Shown: one piece after another, positions 38,535 through 48,608 of the stretch
How positions within the stretch are numbered: position 1 is the stretch's first letter
Layout: each line of letters starts with the position of its first letter
Position numbers and translations under genes: made by a program
Assembly (NCBI GenBank): GCA_002011745.1
Contig: MTOU01000009.1
Location: forward strand, 71,447 to 135,446
DNA from: Nitrospirae bacterium JdFR-85
GTDB lineage: Bacteria; Nitrospirota; Thermodesulfovibrionia; Thermodesulfovibrionales; JdFR-85
Reading direction: 5' to 3'
DNA: 64,000 bases
Notes under the pieces: model-generated
Databases searched by the model: none
What the model was told of the DNA's origin: nothing
The model's input: the letters and a program-made list of their open reading frames with translations, nothing else

Positions 38535-41306
38535 ATGGCAAAAGACTTTAAGGATACCCTTAATCTTCCACAGACTGCTTTCCCAATGAAGGCTAATCTC
38601 ACGAAGAGAGAACCAGAAATTATAAGGTTCTGGCAGGAAAGAAGTGTGTATAGAAAGCTCCAGGAAAAGAATAAAAATGGAAAAACAATGATACTGCATG
38701 ATGGACCTCCCTATGCAAATGGGCATATTCATATGGGCCATGTGCTGAACAAAGTTCTGAAGGATATCATTGTTAAGTACTGGAGTATGAAAGGTTATTA
38801 TGCACCCTTTGTACCTGGATGGGACTGCCATGGATTGCCCATAGAACTGCAGGTAGATAAAAAACTGGGAACAAAGAAGAATGAGACTCCTTTACTTAAA
38901 AAACGACAACTCTGTAGAGAATATGCAGATAAATTCGTAAATATTCAGCGAGATGAATTTATCCGGCTGGGCATCTTTGGAGACTGGCAGAGACCCTATC
39001 TTACGATGGATTATGAGTATGAGGCATCAATAGCAGAGGAGTTTCTGAATTTTCTTCGTAAAGGATATGTCTACCGTGGTAGAAAACCTGTCCACTGGTG
39101 CCCTTCATGTGTGACCGCCCTTGCTGAGGCAGAGGTGGAGTACGCTGAAAAGGTATCCCCATCGATATATGTTAAATTCAGACTAAAGAACTCTTTTGAT
39201 AAAGATAGGGAAACATATTTTATAATCTGGACAACCACACCATGGACACTTCCTGCCAATCTTGCCCTTGCAGTAAATCCTGAGGTCTTATACTCACTCA
39301 TAGACACAGGAGATGCCCTTTATATTGTGGCCAGTGCTTTGGTCGAAGCAGTGGCTGAGAAGACAGGCCTCAAGGGAGATGTTCTTAGAGAACTCAGAGG
39401 CATAGAACTTGAAGGATTAAAGGCTGAACATCCCTTTATAAATAGAGACTCTGTAGTAATCACAGGAGACTTTGTGAGCACTATTGAGGGAACAGGAGTG
39501 GTACATATAGCCCCTGGACATGGTGAAGAAGACTATCTGGCAGGACTGAAGAATGGATTGGAGATTTATGCACCAGTAGATGATTATGGAAGATTCACGA
39601 TTGAGGATTATGGACTTTATGGTTTAAATGTTTTTAAAGCTAATGAAAAGATCATAGAGGTACTACAGGATAAGGGGGCTCTCCTGAACAGCAGCCAGAT
39701 CACCCATTCATACCCACACTGCTGGCGGTGCAAGAAACCTGTTATCTTTAGAGCTACTGAGCAATGGTTTATTTCTATTGAACATGACAATTTAAGGCAC
39801 AGGTGTCTCAAGGAGATTGAACGGGTGAGATGGATACCTCACTGGGGCAAAGAGAGAATAAAAGGAATGATGTCTAACAGACCTGACTGGTGTATCTCAA
39901 GACAGAGGGCATGGGGAGTCCCTATAACTGTGATAATCTGTAGTAATTGTGGAGAAATTGTTCAAGATGAGAGTTTTTTTAAGGAAGTCATAGAAAAGTT
40001 CAGAAACAAAGGAGCAGATATCTGGTTTGAGCTCGAACCTAAGGACTTCCTGCCTCAGCATTACAGATGTAGATGTGGTTCCAGTGAATTCAAAAAAGAG
40101 ACGGATATCCTGGATGTCTGGTTCGACTCAGGAGTGAGTCATGCAGCAGTACTTGAAAGGGATGAAAGACTTCATTGGCCCTCATATATGTACCTTGAGG
40201 GTAGCGATCAACACAGGGGATGGTTTCAGAGTTCACTCATTGCCTCTGTGGGCACAAGAGACAGAGCACCTTACGATGTAGTGCTTACCCATGGCTTTGT
40301 AGTTGATGGAGAAGGCAAAAAGATGTCAAAGTCTCTTGGGAATGTCATTTCTCCTGAAGAGATCATTAAGGACCATGGTGCAGAAATTTTGAGGCTATGG
40401 GTCTCGGCAGAGGACTACAGGAATGATGTGAGGCTCTCCAAAGAAATCATAAACAGGCTTGTGGAGGCATATCGTAAGATCAGAAACACCTGTAGATTTC
40501 TACTTGGTAATCTCTACGACTTTGACCATGGAGATTATAGGCCCGAGCTTCTTGAAATAGACAGATGGGCAATGCACAGACTCCATAGCCTGATTAAACG
40601 GGTTTCAGAGGCTTACGAGAGATACGATTTCCACGAGGTATTTCATCGAATCTATAATTTCTGTGTGGTTGATCTGAGTGCCTTCTATCTCGATATTCTG
40701 AAAGACAGATTATATACCTTTGCCCCAGACTCACCTGAGAGAAGGGCCTCCCAATGGACCATATATCAGATTCTCAACAACCTGGTAAGACTAATGGCAC
40801 CTGTACTGTCCTTTACAGCGGAGGAGATCTGGCAACATCTGCCCAAACCTAATAAGACAGAGAGTGTTTTTCTTACAGACTTCCCTGTGGTAGATGAGCA
40901 GTTTATTGATAAAGATCTCGAGAAGAGGTGGAATTATCTAATAGAGATCAGAAATGTGGTAAACAGGGCATTAGAGATAAAGAGGACAGAAAAGTATATA
41001 GGAAACTCTCTGGAGGCAAAGGTAAAGATATATGCTTCAGGAGAATATCTAAATCTTCTAAATGAATATAAAGATTTTCTACCATCACTCTTTATAGTGT
41101 CTCAGGTAGAAGTGTATACAGACGCTGAGGCTCCTGCTGGAACAACCACAGATGATGAAATCCCGGTTTCAGTGATTGTAGAGAGGGCAGAAGGGCAGAA
41201 GTGTGCCCGATGTTGGAACTGGTCACCTACAGTAGGACAGTACTCTGATGAGCCTGAAGTCTGTAGCAGATGCTACAGGGTATTAAAGGTCCTGAATGAA
41301 AACTAA
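38535..41306 (+). CDS. ileS: Isoleucine--tRNA ligase
   Basis: 923 aa with the HIGH motif (GHIHMGH), KMSKS (KKMSKSLGN) and a C-terminal zinc-binding CxxC...CxxC. Confidence 0.95.
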   Translation: MAKDFKDTLNLPQTAFPMKANLTKREPEIIRFWQERSVYRKLQEKNKNGKTMILHDGPPYANGHIHMGHVLNKVLKDIIVKYWSMKGYYAPFVPGWDCHGLPIELQVDKKLGTKKNETPLLKKRQLCREYADKFVNIQRDEFIRLGIFGDWQRPYLTMDYEYEASIAEEFLNFLRKGYVYRGRKPVHWCPSCVTALAEAEVEYAEKVSPSIYVKFRLKNSFDKDRETYFIIWTTTPWTLPANLALAVNPEVLYSLIDTGDALYIVASALVEAVAEKTGLKGDVLRELRGIELEGLKAEHPFINRDSVVITGDFVSTIEGTGVVHIAPGHGEEDYLAGLKNGLEIYAPVDDYGRFTIEDYGLYGLNVFKANEKIIEVLQDKGALLNSSQITHSYPHCWRCKKPVIFRATEQWFISIEHDNLRHRCLKEIERVRWIPHWGKERIKGMMSNRPDWCISRQRAWGVPITVIICSNCGEIVQDESFFKEVIEKFRNKGADIWFELEPKDFLPQHYRCRCGSSEFKKETDILDVWFDSGVSHAAVLERDERLHWPSYMYLEGSDQHRGWFQSSLIASVGTRDRAPYDVVLTHGFVVDGEGKKMSKSLGNVISPEEIIKDHGAEILRLWVSAEDYRNDVRLSKEIINRLVEAYRKIRNTCRFLLGNLYDFDHGDYRPELLEIDRWAMHRLHSLIKRVSEAYERYDFHEVFHRIYNFCVVDLSAFYLDILKDRLYTFAPDSPERRASQWTIYQILNNLVRLMAPVLSFTAEEIWQHLPKPNKTESVFLTDFPVVDEQFIDKDLEKRWNYLIEIRNVVNRALEIKRTEKYIGNSLEAKVKIYASGEYLNLLNEYKDFLPSLFIVSQVEVYTDAEAPAGTTTDDEIPVSVIVERAEGQKCARCWNWSPTVGQYSDEPEVCSRCYRVLKVLNEN

Positions 41307-41751
41307 GATTTCTATTTCCTTTCTGATAGGCCTTCTGATTCTCTCAGACCAACTAACAAAATTCCTTGTTATTAAATTTTTAGATCCCTATCAACCCTTA
41401 AAAATTCTCCCCTTTTTTCAACTTGTAAATGTCAAAAATAAAGGGGCTGCATTCGGATTATTTCAGTCACTTGGCAATACCACATTTATATTTATAAGCA
41501 TTATGGCTATCCTATTCATTCTTGTTATACTCTTTAAAACAAAAGAAGATAGAATATCTCTATCCTTGATCCTGGCTGGAGCAATAGGAAACCTTATTGA
41601 CAGGCTAAGATATGGATATGTAGTGGATTTTATTGACCTTCATATTGGAAGATATCACTGGCCTGCCTTCAATATAGCTGACTCTGCTCTAAGTATAGGA
41701 ATCTTTCTTCTATTTCTAAAAATTATTTTCCCTTCCAAGGAAAAAACTTAA
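41296..41751 (+). CDS. lspA: Lipoprotein signal peptidase (signal peptidase II)
   Basis: NKGAAFG, VVDFID and FNIADSA motifs with 4 TM segments. It overlaps the ileS 3' end. Confidence 0.9.
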   Translation: MKTKISISFLIGLLILSDQLTKFLVIKFLDPYQPLKILPFFQLVNVKNKGAAFGLFQSLGNTTFIFISIMAILFILVILFKTKEDRISLSLILAGAIGNLIDRLRYGYVVDFIDLHIGRYHWPAFNIADSALSIGIFLLFLKIIFPSKEKT

Positions 41752-41996
41752 AATTTCTTTATCTGCTTAATTTGTTAACCTTACCTTGTCTCGTAAGACT
41801 TCACTAACCTATCTACTGTTGCAGTATTTATCCTCAATAACAACCCCTTTAGCCTTTCAGTGAAAAAATCTTTGAGGATATTCTTTGTAGAATTAGTGGC
41901 TATCAAAGCTTTGTCCTTCCTTCTGAAAACTACCTTCTCTACGTTCTCAAGTAAATACTCTATGCAATGACAGTTTATTTGAGGAATGCGGTAAAA

Positions 41997-42026
41997 TTGA
42001 CAGAAAACGGTTGTTAATATTAGAAT
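41997..42026 (+). promoter_or_regulatory. Sigma70-type promoter candidate for the tRNA-Gln/tRNA-Glu pair
   Basis: TTGACA (41997-42002), an 18-nt spacer, then TAGAAT (42021-42026). tRNA-Gln begins 12 nt downstream. Confidence 0.5.
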
Positions 42027-42037
42027 ATTAATGTTAT

Positions 42038-42111
42038 TGGGGAGTCGTCTAATGGCAGGACGGCAGACTCTGGATCTGCTTGTAGAGGTTCGAATCCTCT
42101 CTCCCCAGCCA
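42038..42111 (+). tRNA. tRNA-Gln (anticodon CUG), CCA encoded
   Basis: The cloverleaf folds by hand. Acceptor TGGGGAG/CTCCCCA, anticodon stem GCAGA/TCTGC with loop CTCTGGA, T-arm AGAGG-TTCGAAT-CCTCT, then G-CCA. Confidence 0.9.
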
Positions 42112-42120
42112 TTCTGTTGC

Positions 42121-42196
42121 GGTCCCATCGTCTAGTGGCCCAGGACACCGGCCTCTCACGTCGGAAACAGGGGTTCGAGTCCCCTTGGGACCGCCA
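42121..42196 (+). tRNA. tRNA-Glu (anticodon CUC), CCA encoded
   Basis: Acceptor GGTCCCA/TGGGACC, anticodon stem CCGGC/GTCGG with loop CTCTCAC, T-arm AGGGG-TTCGAGT-CCCCT, then G-CCA. Confidence 0.9.
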
Positions 42197-42212
42197 AAGC
42201 CTTTACCATGTA

Positions 42213-42809
42213 TTAAACTTCACCTTTTATTCTGTTTACTGAAAAATGTTTTATGATAACAGGAAATAACATATACAAATACATAAATAATTCAAAATTC
42301 TCTTCCCTTACCTCAATATCCCGAAGAATCTGTTTAGTTACATTCCAGACAAGACTCTGTGGTAAATTATTCAGATCAGATATGATCTCAGGATATTGGA
42401 TAAAAAGCTTTTGATATTCATTAAGATAATTATGAAATAAACTCCTATCCATTTGGTTGCTTTCCTTAGCCATAGCCTTGAATATCTCGAATATTCTATT
42501 AGTAATACTTTCAATATACAATGTACGGACCTTTTCACCAAAACGATCAAAAAGAACTCTATCATGAATATGTATAAAAAGAGGAATTAGAGTTAAAAAT
42601 ATCTGTAATTCTTTTGCGGGATCAAGTGATACTTCTTTCTTCAGCTCTTTTATCCACTGCTCAGTAGCAACAAAAATCTCCCCCACCATCTGCTCAACCT
42701 CTTCTCTAAATTTATTCTGATCAGAAATCATTTTCTTAAGATTATCAGAATCATAGTTTTTTCGTTTCCCTTTTGCCAATCTAAAAATACTTAAAAACCA
42801 TCTCATCAT
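42213..42809 (-). CDS. Hypothetical protein (alpha-helical, AT-rich gene)
   Basis: 198-aa ORF with no recognisable motif, lying immediately next to the tRNA pair. Confidence 0.45.
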   Translation of the reverse strand: MMRWFLSIFRLAKGKRKNYDSDNLKKMISDQNKFREEVEQMVGEIFVATEQWIKELKKEVSLDPAKELQIFLTLIPLFIHIHDRVLFDRFGEKVRTLYIESITNRIFEIFKAMAKESNQMDRSLFHNYLNEYQKLFIQYPEIISDLNNLPQSLVWNVTKQILRDIEVREENFELFMYLYMLFPVIIKHFSVNRIKGEV

Positions 42810-42851
42810 TTACACCATTAGAAACCTACAGTTACGAAGTACAAATTTTTA

Positions 42852-43256
42852 TTATTTACTATCCGAACTGGGTTTGACAAATGGTTTGATGTCCAGAACA
42901 GGTGTTCCATCTAACATATCAATACCCTTTACATGAATCACATTTCCCTTGATATCTGTAACCTTTAAAACTGACAACCCTATTGGATTGGGACGTATTG
43001 GTGAGCAGGTACTAAAGACACCTGTCTCCTTATTTGTATGCGGAGGCTTCTGTATAAGATATTCTTTTCTGAATTCTGGACTCTTATGAAAATGAAATAT
43101 TACCACAATATCCTGACCTACATTTATATCCCTTAATCCCTTCTGATACCTCTCATCTATTATAATTGAACCTTCCACATCTGAGACTGTCCAGTGACGT
43201 GGTATCTCTTTGGCATCTGTCTTGATGAAACCTATGGGCTGATAGTAGATCTGCAT
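42852..43256 (-). CDS. TsaA/TrmO-family (UPF0066) tRNA methyltransferase-like protein
   Basis: 134 aa with PIGFIKT...PRHW, RPNPIGLSV and LDGTPVLDIKPF, which are family-typical. Confidence 0.75.
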   Translation of the reverse strand: MQIYYQPIGFIKTDAKEIPRHWTVSDVEGSIIIDERYQKGLRDINVGQDIVVIFHFHKSPEFRKEYLIQKPPHTNKETGVFSTCSPIRPNPIGLSVLKVTDIKGNVIHVKGIDMLDGTPVLDIKPFVKPSSDSK

Positions 43257-43293
43257 CTTGGGGTATTATAAAATAATTGGGGGTGGAATTTAA

Positions 43294-43323
43294 TTGATTT
43301 TTATACCTACTTTGTGTCATAAT
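43294..43323 (+). promoter_or_regulatory. Promoter candidate upstream of the rpsU leader
   Basis: TTGATT (43294-43299), an 18-nt spacer, then CATAAT (43318-43323) preceded by TGt (extended -10). Confidence 0.35.
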
Positions 43324-43361
43324 TAAAATCACAAAAGCCAGAAGTTTTTGTTGGAACCAAT

Positions 43362-43399
43362 AAGCCGCAAAAACTTTTGAGTTTGCGGCTTTATTTTTT
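43362..43399 (+). terminator. Intrinsic terminator (10-bp stem plus U-tract) located upstream of rpsU
   Basis: AAGCCGCAAA (43362-43371) pairs perfectly with TTTGCGGCTT (43382-43391) and is followed by TATTTTTT. There is no plus-strand gene upstream of it. Confidence 0.6.
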
Positions 43400-43427
43400 A
43401 ATAAAATGTTGAAAGGAACAAAGATAA

Positions 43428-43634
43428 TTGGAGATTCAGGTAAATGGTAGAAATATTGACAAGGCCCTAAAGCTTCTTAAACGTGAAGTAGAGAGGGAGG
43501 GGCTTTTTAAGGAATTAAAAAATAGAAGATTCTATGAAAAGCCCTCGGTGAAGAAGAGAAGGAAACAGAGGGAAGCAAAAAAGAGAAGAATTAAGGCTGC
43601 CCGAATAAAAAGGAATAACAGACATAGCAGATAG
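43428..43634 (+). CDS. rpsU: 30S ribosomal protein S21
   Basis: 68 aa, TTG start, with IDKALKLLKREVEREGLFKELKNRRFYEKPS and a basic tail. Confidence 0.9.
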   Translation: MEIQVNGRNIDKALKLLKREVEREGLFKELKNRRFYEKPSVKKRRKQREAKKRRIKAARIKRNNRHSR

Positions 43635-43702
43635 TTTTACTGCCTGAATGTCTTAGGTTTCCTTCCTCAAATCTAAATCAAAATAAAACAGTAAGGAGTA
43701 AA

Positions 43703-45280
<1,578 letters not shown>

Positions 45281-45305
45281 GACTTATTGAAATCCTCTGT
45301 CTCAG

Positions 45306-45354
45306 ATCCGAAATAGAGATTCAACAAATCTGACTGAAGTCTATTTCGGATTTT
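45306..45354 (+). terminator. Intrinsic terminator candidate after the DEAD-box helicase gene
   Basis: ATCCGAAATAGA (45306-45317) is the exact reverse complement of TCTATTTCGGAT (45340-45351), followed by TTTT. The 22-nt loop is unusually large. Confidence 0.45.
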
Positions 45355-45387
45355 AAGTCTGTCTATCCTGATTGACCCCAATCTCAC

Positions 45388-45864
45388 ATGCCTGATAAAC
45401 TAATGCTGATGCCGAAAAGGATTATAACCGGTGTAGTTGTCCTGTTGTGCATAGCAGTGGCATATCTGCTCTGGCCCTCTGATGCAAAGAGAATCAAGAA
45501 GATTATACACCATACCAGAGAAGCTGCTCTGAGAAAAGACCTACAGGAGACGATGAAACCTGTCTCATTCAATTACAAAGACAGATACGGATTTTCTTAT
45601 CTCTATCTGAAGAGATATCTTAAAAGACTTTTCCAGGATGTAGAACACTTTGAGATAGAGGTCTCCCGTATTAAGGTTAAGGTAAAAGACAAAGAGGCAG
45701 AAGCACACTTTCTTGCAAGGGTCAAGGCTCTGGAGACAGGACAGAGTTACTACATTATCGGAGATGAGGATGTTGCAGAATCAGTGATACTCAGGTTCCA
45801 GAGAGAACACCTGAAGTGGAAGGTGATTGAAACATATCTGCCCATGAGAGAAGGACTCCTGTAG
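45388..45864 (+). CDS. Hypothetical membrane-anchored protein
   Basis: 158 aa with an N-terminal TM segment (VVVLLCIAVAYLLW) and no recognised motif. Confidence 0.5.
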   Translation: MPDKLMLMPKRIITGVVVLLCIAVAYLLWPSDAKRIKKIIHHTREAALRKDLQETMKPVSFNYKDRYGFSYLYLKRYLKRLFQDVEHFEIEVSRIKVKVKDKEAEAHFLARVKALETGQSYYIIGDEDVAESVILRFQREHLKWKVIETYLPMREGLL

Positions 45865-45898
45865 AGGATTCCAAGAATTTAATGATATAATAAGCCAG

Positions 45899-47530
45899 AT
45901 GAGATTAAGAATAACCATTATAATCTCTCTCCTCTTCTTTGTACTCTCTGCTGTATATATTGAGGGCAGAAAAGTCTCAACTACCAAGGATACCCACAAA
46001 CCAGCCCCTGGGGATGCCCTTGTGGTCGGCTCCATAGGAGAGCCAAGCATCCTCATTCCCATGCTTGCAGGAGACAGCGCCTCACACGATGTAGCAGGTC
46101 TTATATTCAATGGTCTTGTGAAATACGCTCCTGACCTGAGTATTGTTGGTGACCTTGCAGAATCCTGGGATATCTCAGAGGATGGGCTTACCATAACCTT
46201 CCATCTCAGGAAAGGGGTCTACTGGACAGATGGGGTGGAGTTTACAGCCGATGATGTAATGTTTGGATATAAAACCATCATAGATGAGAATACCCCTACC
46301 CCCTACAAAGAGGATTTCCTTCAGGTAAAGAAGGCAGAAGTAGTTGACAGATACACCTTCAGAGTTACCTATAAAGAGCCTTTTGCACCAGCCCTTGCAT
46401 CATGGGGAAATCTACCCATCCTGCCAAAGCATCTGCTTGAAGGAAAGGATATAACAAAGACAGACTTTGGAAGACATCCTATTGGAATGGGGCCCTTTGT
46501 ATTCCAGAAGTGGGAGCCTGGTCAGAGAATCGTCCTCAAAGCTAATGAGAACTATTTTGAAGGACGTCCTTATCTTGACTACTACATCTACCGTATCATA
46601 CCCGACCAGGCAACAATGTTTATGGAACTGCAGGCTGGTGGGGTGGATATGATGGGGCTGACACCAATCCAGTACAAGCGCCAGACCAATACCAGATTCT
46701 TTAAAGAGAACTTCCAGAAATTCCGTTATCCCACATTCGTTTACACCTATCTGGGCTTCAATCTTAAACATCCCTTCTTCAAGGATAAAAGAGTGAGAAA
46801 GGCAATATCCTATGCAATTGACAAGCAGGAAATCGTGGATGTGGTCCTCTTTGGTCTCGGAACCGTTGCCACAGGCCCCTATGTCCCCAATACATGGCCC
46901 TATAATCCAAATGTGGAGAGATATGATTACAATCCCGCAAAGGCAAGACAACTGCTGAAAGAGGCTGGGTGGGTTGATTCTGATGGTGACGGGGTGCTTG
47001 ACAAAGAGGGCACACCCTTTGAGTTTACCATTCTGACCAATATGGGTAATTCCCTCCGCGAGAGGACGGCCACCATAATACAGTGGCGGTTAAAACAGAT
47101 AGGAATAAAGGTACATATAAGGCTTATTGAGTGGGCCACCTTTATAAATGAGTTCATAGACAAGAGACGATTTGAGGCAGTGATACTGGGATGGTCGATC
47201 GGGCTTGACCCTGACCAGTATGATATTTGGCATTCAAGTAAGACAGGAGAAAAGGAGTTCAACTTTGTATCTTACAACAATCCAGAGGTGGACAGACTCC
47301 TTGAGATTGGCAGGAGAACCTTTGATATAGAAAAGAGAAAAAAGGCATATTATAGGATTCAGGAGATCCTTGCAGATGATGCTCCCTATGTGTTCCTATA
47401 TGTGCCTGACGCCCTCCCCATAGTCCACAGTCGTTTCAAAGGTATTAAACCATCCCCAATAGGAATTACATACAATATTCATAAATGGTATGTACCAAAG
47501 AATCTCCAGAGGCATCACCTTATACCTTAG
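45899..47530 (+). CDS. ABC transporter substrate-binding protein, family 5 (peptide/nickel type)
   Basis: 543 aa with a signal anchor. Family-5 hallmarks include the ...W.DG..FTADDV.F... region and overall length and layout. Confidence 0.8.
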   Translation: MRLRITIIISLLFFVLSAVYIEGRKVSTTKDTHKPAPGDALVVGSIGEPSILIPMLAGDSASHDVAGLIFNGLVKYAPDLSIVGDLAESWDISEDGLTITFHLRKGVYWTDGVEFTADDVMFGYKTIIDENTPTPYKEDFLQVKKAEVVDRYTFRVTYKEPFAPALASWGNLPILPKHLLEGKDITKTDFGRHPIGMGPFVFQKWEPGQRIVLKANENYFEGRPYLDYYIYRIIPDQATMFMELQAGGVDMMGLTPIQYKRQTNTRFFKENFQKFRYPTFVYTYLGFNLKHPFFKDKRVRKAISYAIDKQEIVDVVLFGLGTVATGPYVPNTWPYNPNVERYDYNPAKARQLLKEAGWVDSDGDGVLDKEGTPFEFTILTNMGNSLRERTATIIQWRLKQIGIKVHIRLIEWATFINEFIDKRRFEAVILGWSIGLDPDQYDIWHSSKTGEKEFNFVSYNNPEVDRLLEIGRRTFDIEKRKKAYYRIQEILADDAPYVFLYVPDALPIVHSRFKGIKPSPIGITYNIHKWYVPKNLQRHHLIP

Positions 47531-47643
47531 ACCTCTATCATAAGAAGCATAAGCTTTCCCAAATCCTGCGATTGTGACTTCGGCCATATTTCTACTTAGA
47601 GGACAGATCAATCGCAAAATTTAGAGAAGATCAAAAAATATAA

Positions 47644-47763
47644 ACTCTAAATGCAAAAATTTTGGGGAAACCTGCTGATTGCTTTACAGAGAGACAGGCA
47701 AGGGAGGCCATAGATGCGGCAGAGGAGATTATCCGGTTCTGTGAAAGGATTCCATCTGGATAG
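47644..47763 (+). pseudogene. Possible remnant of a HEPN-domain gene (C-terminal ~39 codons, no start)
   Basis: The frame reads ...FTERQAREAIDAAEEIIRFCERIPSG*, resembling the C-terminal helix of HEPN proteins. It is bounded upstream by TAA at 47641 and has no ATG. Confidence 0.2.
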
Positions 47764-47853
47764 AGAAGAGGTCTTAGAAGACTTCACTTCAAATTCTTCT
47801 CCTCAAAGATAGAAATAGCCATTGATATGATTGTGGTTTCTGATGAACTCATC

Positions 47854-48075
47854 TCACAGCCTCATATCATGGTCAACAATGGGTCTGAAGGGCTTGGGAG
47901 CATGATTTATAAATTCATTGTACTGTGTAAGAAACTGGATATAGGCATCTACATCAACCCTACCATCATCCTTTATAAAGGGGTTATGTCTCTTATGTCT
48001 CAGGGCTTCTAAGTCTGAACCAAGTCTTTCTCCAACAGACTGAATCTCTTTTTCCACCTTTTTAGAAAATCTCAT
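47854..48075 (-). CDS. Hypothetical 73-aa protein, translationally coupled to the upstream nucleotidyltransferase gene
   Basis: ATGA start/stop overlap with the 48072..48608 gene. I recognise no family. Confidence 0.4.
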   Translation of the reverse strand: MRFSKKVEKEIQSVGERLGSDLEALRHKRHNPFIKDDGRVDVDAYIQFLTQYNEFINHAPKPFRPIVDHDMRL

Positions 48076-48608
48076 CTCTTCTCTAAAAGATCTCTGTAAA
48101 TTTCTTCCATGTCTAAGATTTTAACATATCCTTCAATAAGAGACCAGTCCATCCGGTCTTTATATGTCTGTACCAGAAACAGGATATCATCCATCTCTGT
48201 TGCCTTTCTTTCAGGACTGTTTTTTATGCTTTGTAACTTCAGACCAATAAGGTCCTCTGGACAGAGTACCCTGAGAGACAGTTTCTCAAATACTGTTTTT
48301 TCTTCAGCTCGCTGGAGCATAGATAGAGTTGCCTCTCTAAAGGCATGAAGAAAGTCAACTTCTCCAAAAACTCTTAAAGGAGACACATACTGGGATACAT
48401 TCTCAGTCCTGTATTTACACTCATAATCCAGCTCATTCATTATTCTGTCCACCTTATTCATGTCATCCTTATGTACCAAAAAATCGATATCTACTGTGGT
48501 TCTTCCCATCCCCCACAAACCCATTGCGAACCCTCCTATCAGGGCATAACGGATGTTATGTTTTTGGAACTTTTCAATAAGTGCAAAAAGAACCGCTTTG
48601 AAATCCAT
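48072..48608 (-). CDS. Small pol-beta-superfamily nucleotidyltransferase
   Basis: The GG-x12-DxD pattern (IGGFAMGLWGMGRTTVDIDFLV) is typical of minimal nucleotidyltransferases. 178 aa. Confidence 0.6.
   Translation of the reverse strand: MDFKAVLFALIEKFQKHNIRYALIGGFAMGLWGMGRTTVDIDFLVHKDDMNKVDRIMNELDYECKYRTENVSQYVSPLRVFGEVDFLHAFREATLSMLQRAEEKTVFEKLSLRVLCPEDLIGLKLQSIKNSPERKATEMDDILFLVQTYKDRMDWSLIEGYVKILDMEEIYRDLLEKR

Noticed and set aside
41781-42128. A 115-aa minus-strand ORF spanning the lspA to tRNA interval
   Set aside because: Its N-terminal third is antisense to tRNA-Gln and the start of tRNA-Glu. The rest has only a faint Fis-type HTH-like C-terminus and no internal start codon, so at best it is a gene remnant.
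47531-47640. Inverted repeat GCGATTG...CAATCGC after the binding-protein gene, and the minus-strand ORF 47396..47617
   Set aside because: The 7-bp arms are separated by about 35 nt, which is too large a loop for a confident terminator call. The ORF is mostly antisense to the binding-protein gene and has no supporting signals.
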